Positions 19,049 through 28,259 of a stretch of 64,000 nt of DNA are shown here, in pieces. The translations under genes and the position numbers were made by a program. This stretch comes from an uncultured Saprospiraceae bacterium (GTDB lineage Bacteria; Bacteroidota; Bacteroidia; Chitinophagales; Saprospiraceae). The stretch is from NCBI GenBank assembly GCA_937921595.1, contig CAKZTD010000023.1, positions 12,742-76,741 of the forward strand. Direction: 5' to 3'. Every line of letters begins with the position of its first letter. Position 1 is the stretch's first letter. The notes under the pieces were generated by a model that was not told where the DNA came from, did not search any database, and saw nothing but the letters and a program-made list of their open reading frames with translations.

Positions 19049-20854
19049 TTGATTTTATTTACGGCTTGTCCACAGGATTTTTACAAGAACGAAAAATTAA
19101 AGACATTGGCAAGCAAAGCTCAAATACCTACTTCAAGAAACGCTGACTTAGTGACTTTCACTATAAAAATAGATGGCACTGCCATTCCACAAACGATTGG
19201 AGTCATGTCGATTTTAGTGCAAAAGGAAGTCAATCGAATTCCAGTGGCAAAAATTGTCATGCTTGATGGAGATCCTGCGACTCAGGATTTTGAAGTAAGT
19301 AATGAAGACCTATTTATTCCTGGAAAGGAAATTGAAATTCTAGGAGGTTATCACTCTGACGAGGAAACAATTTTCAAAGGAATAATAATTAAACACAGCT
19401 TAAAGATCAGACAAAATGGTACCGGTACATTGATGATCGAATGCAAAGACCATGCGGTCAAAATGACTGTTGGAAGAAAAAGTAAATACTTCTACGAATC
19501 AAAAGATAGTGAAGTCATTGAATCCATCATTTCTGAGTATGGTTTAAGTGCTGAAGTTGATGCTACGAATACAACGCATCCAGAGTTGGTTCAATACCGA
19601 ACCTCCGACTGGGATTTCATTCAGACCAGAGCAGAAGTCAATGGAAAAATTTCTTTAGTAGAAAATGGAACCGTAAAAATTGTAGATCCTGACTTTAGTC
19701 AATCTCCTGTTCTTAGTCTTTCTTACGGAGATACTATCCTCACTTTCAACGCTGAAATTGATGCTAGAAATCAATACAAAACCGTCGTCTCGAAAGCTTG
19801 GAATTATCAAGATCAGGCAGTAGTAGAAGTCGAAGCAACAGACCCAAGTACTACCGATAATGGAAACCTCTCCCCTGCTGATCTATCAAATACAATTGGA
19901 CTTGATCAATATGAAATTCAACATGGAGGAAAGGCTGATGAATCAGAATTAAAAGCTTGGGCAGATGCTCAAATGCTTAGAAACCGAATGGCAAAGATTC
20001 AAGGAAATGTAAGCTTCCAAGGTTTCCCCAATGTCATCCCTGGTTCAATCATAGAACTCTCTGGTGTAGGCGATCGCTTCAATGGAAATGCTTTTGTAAG
20101 TGCCGTCCGACATCAAATCGTTGATGGAAATTGGGTGACTGATGCTCAATTCGGATTCAACCCAGAATGGTTCACCGAAACTTTTGAAACCAGTCAAACA
20201 CAAGCTTCTGGTCTCTATCCAGCAATCAATGGACTGCAAATTGGAATTGTCACTCAGCTACAAGAAGACCCAGATGGTGATCATAGAATTCTTGTTCACC
20301 TTCCAATGATAAAAGCAAATGAAAAAGGAGTTTGGGCTAGAATTGCAAGTTTGGATGCTGGTGAAAATCGTGGCGCATTTTTCCGACCTGAAATTGGCGA
20401 TGAAGTCATCCTTGGTTTTATTAATGATGATCCAGGAGAAGCGGTGGTCTTAGGTATGCTCAACAGTAGTGCAAAGCCTGCTCCACTCACCGAATCAGAT
20501 GACAACCATGAAAAAGGTTTTGTCACCCGAAGCGAAATGAAATTATTGTTCAATGATGATAAAAAATCCATATTAATCGAAACACCTGGTGGCAATAAAA
20601 TATCTCTTTCAGAAGATGAAGGAGCCATTACAATCGAAGATGAAAACAGTAATAAAATTCTCATGGATTCAAGCGGCATTACCATAGAAAGTGCTTCCAA
20701 TTTAAATATCAAAGCAACGGGCGACATCAATATAGAAGGGACCAATATCAATGCAAAAGCCAAGGCTCAATTTAAAGCCGAAGGTTCCGCAGGTGCAGAA
20801 ATGTCGACCAGCGGAATGGCAGTTTTAAAAGGTTCAATGGTACAAATAAATTAA
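19049..20854 (+). CDS. VgrG-like spike (gp27/gp5; Afp8/Pvc8 class)
   Basis: Central GVWARIASLDAGENRGAFFRPEIGDEVILGFINDDPGEAVVLGMLNS (gp5 OB-fold region) and a C-terminal beta-helix-like repeat region. The start is uncertain: TTG at 19049 or in-frame TTG at 19106. No ATG before residue 52. Confidence 0.85.
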   Translation: MILFTACPQDFYKNEKLKTLASKAQIPTSRNADLVTFTIKIDGTAIPQTIGVMSILVQKEVNRIPVAKIVMLDGDPATQDFEVSNEDLFIPGKEIEILGGYHSDEETIFKGIIIKHSLKIRQNGTGTLMIECKDHAVKMTVGRKSKYFYESKDSEVIESIISEYGLSAEVDATNTTHPELVQYRTSDWDFIQTRAEVNGKISLVENGTVKIVDPDFSQSPVLSLSYGDTILTFNAEIDARNQYKTVVSKAWNYQDQAVVEVEATDPSTTDNGNLSPADLSNTIGLDQYEIQHGGKADESELKAWADAQMLRNRMAKIQGNVSFQGFPNVIPGSIIELSGVGDRFNGNAFVSAVRHQIVDGNWVTDAQFGFNPEWFTETFETSQTQASGLYPAINGLQIGIVTQLQEDPDGDHRILVHLPMIKANEKGVWARIASLDAGENRGAFFRPEIGDEVILGFINDDPGEAVVLGMLNSSAKPAPLTESDDNHEKGFVTRSEMKLLFNDDKKSILIETPGGNKISLSEDEGAITIEDENSNKILMDSSGITIESASNLNIKATGDINIEGTNINAKAKAQFKAEGSAGAEMSTSGMAVLKGSMVQIN

Positions 20855-20964
20855 ACCAACTACTCTTTTAAGTTTAGTGCGAGTTCGCGAGCCTAACTTA
20901 AAAGTCGGTAATTATGGCAAGTTTCTAACTTGCCACATTAAATAATATTTAAAATTAAAACCCC

Positions 20965-21255
20965 ATGCCCCCAGCAGCAAGAATCACAGATATGCATACC
21001 TGCCCAATGGTCACCGGAACAGTACCACATGTAGGCGGACCAATTTTACCTGCAGGAGAACCAACTGTATTGATTGGCGGAATGCCTGCTGCACGAGTTG
21101 GAGACATGGCCATTTGCGTTGGGCCACCTGATACAATTGTTGCAGGATCGGCGACCGTATTGATTGGAGGAATGCCAGCAGCAAGACTTGGAGACAGTAC
21201 CGCTCATGGAGGAGTGATTGTAGCAGGATTACCAACGGTACTCATTGGCGGATAA
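20965..21255 (+). CDS. PAAR-domain spike tip protein (Afp10/Pvc10 class)
   Basis: PAARITDMHTCP...VLIGGMPAARVGD...VLIGGMPAARLGD repeats. Confidence 0.95.
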   Translation: MPPAARITDMHTCPMVTGTVPHVGGPILPAGEPTVLIGGMPAARVGDMAICVGPPDTIVAGSATVLIGGMPAARLGDSTAHGGVIVAGLPTVLIGG

Positions 21256-21407
21256 ATAATAAGATATACAATATTCGAAAACTGCCTGGCTTAGCAGGTT
21301 CAAATTTTGAATCTGCAGCATTAATAAATAATGCTCATCATAATTATCAGCAATGATAAAACCCCTTCTTTTCAAAGAGGGGGGTAATGATGAACAAAAA
21401 ATGAAAT

Positions 21408-21827
21408 ATGGAAAGCAGACCAGAAAAAACTTTTTTAGGAACCGGATGGGGATTTCCTCCAACCTTTGATCAAGAATCGAAAAAGGTAAAAATGATCTCT
21501 GATATTGAAGACATCAATAGCAGTTTGGAAATTTTATTATCAACAAAACTAGGCGAACGGATCATGGTTCCTAATTACGGATGCAATTTAGATGACTTAG
21601 TTTTTGATACGATGGATACCACTACGGAGACTTTCGTAACAGAATTGATTCGCACCGCAATCCTATACCATGAACCTCGAATTAATCTCGAAGCAGTTGA
21701 CTATGTAAAGGACAATCAGAATGAAGGCATTCTTTTAATTCAAATTGAATACACTGTTAGAACAACCAACTCAAGATCAAATTTCGTTTTCCCATTTTAT
21801 AAAGAAGAAGGAAGTGAGATTTCTTAA
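21408..21827 (+). CDS. gp25/GPW baseplate wedge protein (Afp9/Pvc9 class)
   Basis: GTGWGFPPTFD...DINSSLEILLSTKLGERIMVPNYGCNLDDLVF is the canonical gp25-like motif. Confidence 0.9.
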   Translation: MESRPEKTFLGTGWGFPPTFDQESKKVKMISDIEDINSSLEILLSTKLGERIMVPNYGCNLDDLVFDTMDTTTETFVTELIRTAILYHEPRINLEAVDYVKDNQNEGILLIQIEYTVRTTNSRSNFVFPFYKEEGSEIS

Positions 21828-21851
21828 AAAATCAAAATCAAACACAACTTA

Positions 21852-24800
21852 ATGGCAAATAAGTGTGACCATAAAAACCCTTTAAACCGCGACGGCACCA
21901 GTCAGCTCCAACGGAAATTACGGTACCTCGACCCTGCTTCTATTCAATTGGATGATAGAAGCACAGAAGACTTGTTGAAATTTGCACATCAATTTGCTTC
22001 AGAATTAAAATACTTTAATCTTGAAAATATAGCTCAAGGAAACTGGCAAGGATTTTTTGAAATCGTTCAACAGAAAACACTTTCAGAAATTGAAGAGCAG
22101 TCGAATAATGAACCGCATTTTGCTTTGTTTTTATGTTTTTTAAAATTATTTCAACATGCCCAAAACCAACTAAACAATCTAAGCGAAAGGCACCTCGATT
22201 TTTATTATAAAAAAGTATTGCAAATCAAGGAAAAAGCAGCTCAATCCGATCAAGTACATTTGGTGTGCGAATTAGCGAAAAACCTCAATCAACATTTACT
22301 CGAAGCAGGTACGAACATCAACGGAGGAAAAGATGATTCAGGCAAATTACGAGTCTATCAAATCGATGAAGACACCGTTCTCAATAGAGGATCAGTTTCG
22401 CATATACGTTCTATTTTTTCAAAAAATCAAAAACTATACTTTGCTCCGTTCGCCAATTCTTCTGATGGAATGGGCGCTGAATTTGAAAACGGTATTCCAA
22501 AATGGTCCGCCTTTGGTCACGATGATTTACCAAGAGCTTCGACCGGATTTGCACTTGCTTCTCCTGTTTTATTGCTCCAAGAAGGAACGCGAACCATTCG
22601 CTTGATCTTTAACCTAACAAGCTCTACTGAAATGCCTTCAACTTTAGATTCCGGCATCTTGAGTAATATAAAATTATATGCAAGTGGAGAGAAGGATTGG
22701 CTAGGGCCCTTTATCGCAAATGATAGTTCTACCTTCGTAAAGGACAACAATAACAAATCGCATCCTCAATTCATTTTGGCCTTTGACATTCCAAAAGAAT
22801 CAGACCCAATTATAGCATACAATCCAAATGTACTGAGCGGAAATTTTGACAGCCTCTCTCCTATGGTGCGTGTAGTATTTGAACCATTAGAAAATGAAAA
22901 TCTATTTGACAAACTTCAAAGAGCACAAATTCGTTCTTTAAAAATTGAAGTCAAGGTCAATGAAATGCAGGAATTGGTTGTTGAAAATGACCTAGGAAAA
23001 TTAGATCCTTCAAAACCATTTATGCCTTTTGGTCCTCGTCCAGTATTAGGCTCTAATTTCTTCATCGGTTCTAAAGAAGCATTCACTAAAAAACTAAAAA
23101 ACTTCGACCTAAATCTTCAATGGCAAAACAAACCTGACAGTCTTAAAGATCATTACGGAAGTTATTCCAATTCAAAGTTTGGCAACGGTGTAACACAATA
23201 CAGCATTTCCGGGGACAAAGATTTCGAAGCAGAAATTAAAATGCTCAGCAAAAAAAACTGGGAGTCTTCCTTTTCCAAAAAGCTATTTGATGACGATACT
23301 TCCAGTAGAACAATTAGCAAAAGTTTTTCATCATCAAATGACGAAACAGGCAATCGGCCAAGCAAGTCTTCAACCAGAGCAAAAAGAGTAAAAACACGTC
23401 AGTTTCTAGCACGTAGAAAATTCAATCCATTCTTCGAAAGAGCATTGGGTTCAATTAGGCCAGTTGCTTATTTTAAAACTCAAAAGCGTGCTTTACTAAA
23501 AACAGCAAAACCAACTGTCCTTTCAAATGTCAACAACAACCAACGAGATGGTTTTATAAAACTGAGGTTGTCAAAAGATTTTGGCCATCAGGTTTTTCCA
23601 ACACTTTATTCTCTGGCAATAGCTAGCCAAACAGATACGGTTACCACTAACAATATTAATGTTCCATTGGAACCTTATACACCGATGCTTGAATCTTTAA
23701 ACCTTAACTACGAAGCAACTACCGAAATCGTAGACATGGGAATTGATAGCAATAATGAACAAAAGTATGAAGATCGGGAAATTCAATTCTTCCATTTGAG
23801 TCCTTTCGGTCAGGCTGAACAACATCGTTATTTAAAAAATCAATTACCTTTTACAACTACAAAAAACATAAGCCTTCTTCCAGAATTTCAAAACGAAGGG
23901 GAGCTATACATTGGCTTAAAAGATATCGAGCCTCAAAACAATATTAGTCTCTTATTTCAAGTAGCAGAAGGAAGTGCAAATCCGGACAAAGAACCTCCGG
24001 CTGTTAAATGGCACTTATTGGTCAATGACCATTGGATGCCATTGGATGAATCGCAAATCTTAGCAGATCAAACCAACGGTTTACTGACTTCAGGAATTGT
24101 TCAATTTTATCTTCCCAAAGAGGCCAATGATACCAATTCTCTATTTGAAGAAAATCATTATTGGCTCAAGGCAAGCATTCAAAAAGATACCGATGCGGTT
24201 GCTCAATTACAAGGCATCCATGCTCAGGTTGTCAAAGCGACTTTTGTCGATCAAGAAAACACATTAGAACATTTAGAGACCGCTTTGGCACCTTCAAGTA
24301 TCAGCAAGTTAATCAATCCGATTGCACAGATTAAAAAAATCGAACAGCCTTATGCTTCCTTCGATGGTGTGCCAGCAGAATCTTCTGATGCCTACTACAC
24401 TAGAGTCAGTGAACGATTGCGTCATAAAAATCGGGCGATCACCATTTGGGATTATGAGCACTTGATTCTTCAGAATTTTCCTTCAATCTATAAAGTGAAA
24501 TGCCTCAACCATAGTTCTTTAGATTTAGAAATCGCTCCTGGTCATGTAACGGTCTTAGTGATTCCTAATTTACAAAATCAAAATGCTAAAGATCCTTTAC
24601 AACCCAAAGCCAGTTCAAATACACTTTCTGAAATTGAAAAATTCTTACGGAAAAGGGCTTCTCGATTTGTAAATATTCAAACTCAAAACCCAGACTACGA
24701 AGAAATAAAACTAGAATTAAAAGTAACATTCAGAAAAAAATTCGAAGCAGGTTTTTATAAAAAAGTACTCAACGAAGATTTGAAATCCTTCTTTACTCCT

Positions 24801-25019
24801 TGGGCATTTGACTCAAAAGCAGATATTCATTTTGGTGGAAAAATCCATAAAAGCACCATCATCAATTTCCTCGAAGGATTAGAATACGTCGATAATATCA
24901 GAGATTTAAAAATGTTCCATATCAACAAACAAAAGGTAACTAGCCTGGTCAAAAATGAAGTTTCCGTTTCCAACTCCAGAGCCATTCTAGTTTCCGCAAA
25001 ACAGCATTCAATTAATTAA
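21852..25019 (+). CDS. giant baseplate wedge protein (baseplate J/gp6-like; Afp11/Pvc11 position)
   Basis: HKNRAITIWDYEHLILQNFPSIYKVKC resembles the conserved gpJ-type motif. Position directly after gp25. At 1055 aa it is larger than typical Afp11. Confidence 0.7.
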   Translation: MANKCDHKNPLNRDGTSQLQRKLRYLDPASIQLDDRSTEDLLKFAHQFASELKYFNLENIAQGNWQGFFEIVQQKTLSEIEEQSNNEPHFALFLCFLKLFQHAQNQLNNLSERHLDFYYKKVLQIKEKAAQSDQVHLVCELAKNLNQHLLEAGTNINGGKDDSGKLRVYQIDEDTVLNRGSVSHIRSIFSKNQKLYFAPFANSSDGMGAEFENGIPKWSAFGHDDLPRASTGFALASPVLLLQEGTRTIRLIFNLTSSTEMPSTLDSGILSNIKLYASGEKDWLGPFIANDSSTFVKDNNNKSHPQFILAFDIPKESDPIIAYNPNVLSGNFDSLSPMVRVVFEPLENENLFDKLQRAQIRSLKIEVKVNEMQELVVENDLGKLDPSKPFMPFGPRPVLGSNFFIGSKEAFTKKLKNFDLNLQWQNKPDSLKDHYGSYSNSKFGNGVTQYSISGDKDFEAEIKMLSKKNWESSFSKKLFDDDTSSRTISKSFSSSNDETGNRPSKSSTRAKRVKTRQFLARRKFNPFFERALGSIRPVAYFKTQKRALLKTAKPTVLSNVNNNQRDGFIKLRLSKDFGHQVFPTLYSLAIASQTDTVTTNNINVPLEPYTPMLESLNLNYEATTEIVDMGIDSNNEQKYEDREIQFFHLSPFGQAEQHRYLKNQLPFTTTKNISLLPEFQNEGELYIGLKDIEPQNNISLLFQVAEGSANPDKEPPAVKWHLLVNDHWMPLDESQILADQTNGLLTSGIVQFYLPKEANDTNSLFEENHYWLKASIQKDTDAVAQLQGIHAQVVKATFVDQENTLEHLETALAPSSISKLINPIAQIKKIEQPYASFDGVPAESSDAYYTRVSERLRHKNRAITIWDYEHLILQNFPSIYKVKCLNHSSLDLEIAPGHVTVLVIPNLQNQNAKDPLQPKASSNTLSEIEKFLRKRASRFVNIQTQNPDYEEIKLELKVTFRKKFEAGFYKKVLNEDLKSFFTPWAFDSKADIHFGGKIHKSTIINFLEGLEYVDNIRDLKMFHINKQKVTSLVKNEVSVSNSRAILVSAKQHSIN

Positions 25020-25133
25020 GCAAAATAACAAAGTAATAAAAGAACAGAGGAACAATTGTCCCCCAATAGTTATCGCATAGGGATGAACCTCAAAGGAGAA
25101 TTTTAGTAAAAATCGAATATCAAATTTAAATCT

Positions 25134-25255
25134 GAAGCCAAAAGTTAAGGAGATCGGCCTTCTACTTTTTAAAAAAAATATACAGCCTTGAATTTTTTGT
25201 TTCTTTTCGTCTCAAGTCCTAGATCCCGGCTTTACGTTGGGGACAAAAAGAAAAG
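25134..25255 (+). repeat. intergenic repeat family, copy A (inside the eCIS locus)
   Basis: gaagccaaaagttaaggagatcggccttctacttttt...tatacagccttgaattttttgtttcttttcgtctcaag-N26-acaaaaagaaaag. Roughly 85-90% identical by eye to the two halves of copy B. Confidence 0.7.
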
Positions 25256-25294
25256 TATTTCGAACTAGAAAACGCTACACCATAAAACCAAAAA

Positions 25295-28060
25295 ATGGAA
25301 AACAATTTAACCATATCAAAAACCATCTCTGAGGAAAAATCCCTCAACTACGATCTGCTCAAAGCCGAAGGCATACAGCACATCGAGCAACTAGCTGGAA
25401 AGATATGGACAGACTATAACGAGCACGATCCCGGAATCACCATCCTAGAAATACTCAGCTACGCCATCACCGATCTAGGATACCGAACCAATCTAAACAT
25501 CGAAGATCTACTTGCCCAATCCGGCAATAATCTTCAAGGCATGCACGAACAGTTCTTATCCGCCAAAAGAATTCTTCCAAATTGTTCCCTGACCGAAAAC
25601 GACTATCGAAAACTATTCATCGACATTCCAGAAATTAAAAACGCATGGCTAAGTAATTCCGAAACCACCTACTTCTTAGATTGCAAAACCAGTGAGATCA
25701 GCAGAACCCAACCAGCACTCGCAACACACCCTTTTAAACCATTTACATTAAAAGGAATTTACAAAGTGGCCATTGAGTTGATGGACAACGTTCCCGCAAC
25801 TAACCATGAAAATATAAAACAAAAAGTCCTTGCAGCTTATCATGCGAACCGAAATCTATGCGAAGACATCGATCCGAATATTTTAATCATTCCAAAACAT
25901 GAAATACTAATCTGTTCTGATATTGAATTAGAACCAGAAGCAGATATAGAAACTGTTTATGCTGAGATCCTTTTCAAAGTTCAAGATCACCTATCCCCTT
26001 CTGTCCAACGATATACCTTGCAAGAATTATTGGACAAAGGCATTCATTCAGAAGATATATTTGAAGGCCCATTATTAGAAAATGGATTTATAGATGATAA
26101 TGAATTAGAAAGTTCCCAATTAAAAAGCGAAGTCCACATCTCTGATCTGATCAATGTCATTTCAAAAATAGAGGGTGTAAAAACAATCAAAAAAATTTTA
26201 CTAAATTATTGTAGTAGCACCGAACGAACAGAAGAGCAAGAAGAAAAATGGAGCATCAGTATTAAGCCCGGTCACCAAGCAACACTCTGTAATGGAAAAT
26301 CCGTCTTCAATTTTTTCAAAGACATTCTACCTTTCCGAAGTAACAAAGCTGAGGTCCTAGAAAAACTACAACAACTACAAATAAATAGACAAATACGTTT
26401 AGAAAACATCGGTCAGGCAGTGGATGATTTAAAAATGCCAATTGGTACCTATCGAAATGTCTCAGAATATTCCAGTATTCAAAATGACTTTCCGGAATTT
26501 TACGGCATCACTCAAGTCGGCCTTTCCCCTGGTGCTTTAAATCCTGAAGCTAAAAACAAACGCAAAGCACAAGCTCGACAACTCCAGGCATACCTTTTAT
26601 TTTTCGATCAAATATTGGCCAATTATTTATCACAATTATCTAATGTCAAAAATCTACTTTCTACCAATTCAAATCTCAGCAGAACTTATCTGACTCAGGT
26701 TATTGCTACTTCAGAAATCAAAGAGATTGACCAACTTTTTGATAGCTACGGAGAATTGGACAGCATCCTCGCTCACATGAGTGAGGAAAGAACCGATGGT
26801 AAATTATCAGACAGATACGCACGACAACATAACCTTTTACTAAACCACCTCATCGCTCGATTTGGCGAAAATTTTAACGAATATGTCTTATTAATGCATT
26901 CTTTATTTGACAAAAAACGAGCAGACCTCGACCTCATCCTTGATAAAAAACTGTTTCTAAAAGACTATGAATTCATCAGTCAAAACAGGGCAAAAGCAAT
27001 GGATGTTTGTAATGCTTTTTTCAAAAACATCAATGGCGATCCAATCCTCGATGATTCAGAACAGCCAATTCCCAAAAAGGTTTGGTATGAACAAGATGAA
27101 GTAAATCTGAACATCAAACACATCAATACCTCGGGATTCCAACATCGGGTTTCAAGACTCGTCGGCATTCACAACTATAAAAACCGTGACCTCTCTTCCA
27201 TCGAATTTGAAATCTATGAAGAGGTCGATAGCGATGATGAAAGTGAGCCTCGATTTCGTGTCATAGATAAAATCAATGATAAAATATTACTCAGTAGTAG
27301 CCAGCATTTTGTTGACAAAGAACTCGCAGAACAAGAAATGAAAACGGCCATACAATTAGGGATGAGTTCTACAAACTATCAACTACTCGTTGCAGAAAAT
27401 GGAACATTTTATTTCAACATTATAGATAACAACAATGAAGTTGTTGCCAGAAGAATTGAATTTTTCGATACAGAAGAAGAACGTCAGGAAGCCATCAATT
27501 ATTTAATCAATTTCCTAAACGAGAAATTCAGTGACGAAGGATTTTATCTGATCGAACATCTACTACTTCAACCCCGAAAAGACAATGATAATTTCTTACC
27601 AGTTTGTGCAGAAGAAGATTGTACAACCTGTGCGCCACTTGATCCTTATTCTTTTAGAGTCAGTGTTGTTCTACCTGGATATACGCCTCGATTTAACAAC
27701 ATGGATTTTAGAGCCTATTTTGAAAAAATAATCCGGCAAGAATTACCAGCTCATATTCTCGCAAAGATTTGTTGGATCGGCGTTGATCAGATGCAAGAAT
27801 TGGAAACCAATTATCATGCATGGCTCGATTATCAACATGGTCATCTCGATGGCAATCAACCATCAGACACCAATGAATCACTCAACGAATTAATTGACAC
27901 GATCAATAAATTATATACCATATACCACAAAGGAACCTTACACGATTGCGAGGATGGAAATGAAGAAAATCCAATAGTTCTCGGTCGAACCCACATTGGC
28001 GATCTAGACCCTTTGATTAATACCGAAGAACCAGATCCCGGAGTAGTAGACGATCTGTAG
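25295..28060 (+). CDS. giant baseplate protein (Afp12/Pvc12 position)
   Basis: N-terminal NEHDPGITILEILSYAITDLGYR resembles the baseplate-assembly-protein N-terminal motif. Colinear with the afp12 position. Confidence 0.6.
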   Translation: MENNLTISKTISEEKSLNYDLLKAEGIQHIEQLAGKIWTDYNEHDPGITILEILSYAITDLGYRTNLNIEDLLAQSGNNLQGMHEQFLSAKRILPNCSLTENDYRKLFIDIPEIKNAWLSNSETTYFLDCKTSEISRTQPALATHPFKPFTLKGIYKVAIELMDNVPATNHENIKQKVLAAYHANRNLCEDIDPNILIIPKHEILICSDIELEPEADIETVYAEILFKVQDHLSPSVQRYTLQELLDKGIHSEDIFEGPLLENGFIDDNELESSQLKSEVHISDLINVISKIEGVKTIKKILLNYCSSTERTEEQEEKWSISIKPGHQATLCNGKSVFNFFKDILPFRSNKAEVLEKLQQLQINRQIRLENIGQAVDDLKMPIGTYRNVSEYSSIQNDFPEFYGITQVGLSPGALNPEAKNKRKAQARQLQAYLLFFDQILANYLSQLSNVKNLLSTNSNLSRTYLTQVIATSEIKEIDQLFDSYGELDSILAHMSEERTDGKLSDRYARQHNLLLNHLIARFGENFNEYVLLMHSLFDKKRADLDLILDKKLFLKDYEFISQNRAKAMDVCNAFFKNINGDPILDDSEQPIPKKVWYEQDEVNLNIKHINTSGFQHRVSRLVGIHNYKNRDLSSIEFEIYEEVDSDDESEPRFRVIDKINDKILLSSSQHFVDKELAEQEMKTAIQLGMSSTNYQLLVAENGTFYFNIIDNNNEVVARRIEFFDTEEERQEAINYLINFLNEKFSDEGFYLIEHLLLQPRKDNDNFLPVCAEEDCTTCAPLDPYSFRVSVVLPGYTPRFNNMDFRAYFEKIIRQELPAHILAKICWIGVDQMQELETNYHAWLDYQHGHLDGNQPSDTNESLNELIDTINKLYTIYHKGTLHDCEDGNEENPIVLGRTHIGDLDPLINTEEPDPGVVDDL

Positions 28061-28259
28061 AATTTAAGAATACAAAAGTTTTTAAATAAAACGCACAAAG
28101 GAAAAGATTAGCAGATACTGTGGGTTGGGAATGTCCAAAAATGTGGGTGTGGGTGACTGACTGCGTGTAGAGCATTTTTTTGGACTAGCTTTTTTGTTAC
28201 TTTTTTAGCAATGAAAAAAGTAAAGAAAAAAAATTAAAAAATATAAAAAACACCATCAT

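Noticed and set aside
20296-20763. A 155-aa antisense ORF inside the spike gene, plus similar shadow ORFs at 30995-31387, 35355-35762, 44292-44765 and 46263-46811
   Set aside because: Each lies entirely within, and opposite to, a gene with strong family motifs. Their translations are low-complexity and have no motifs.
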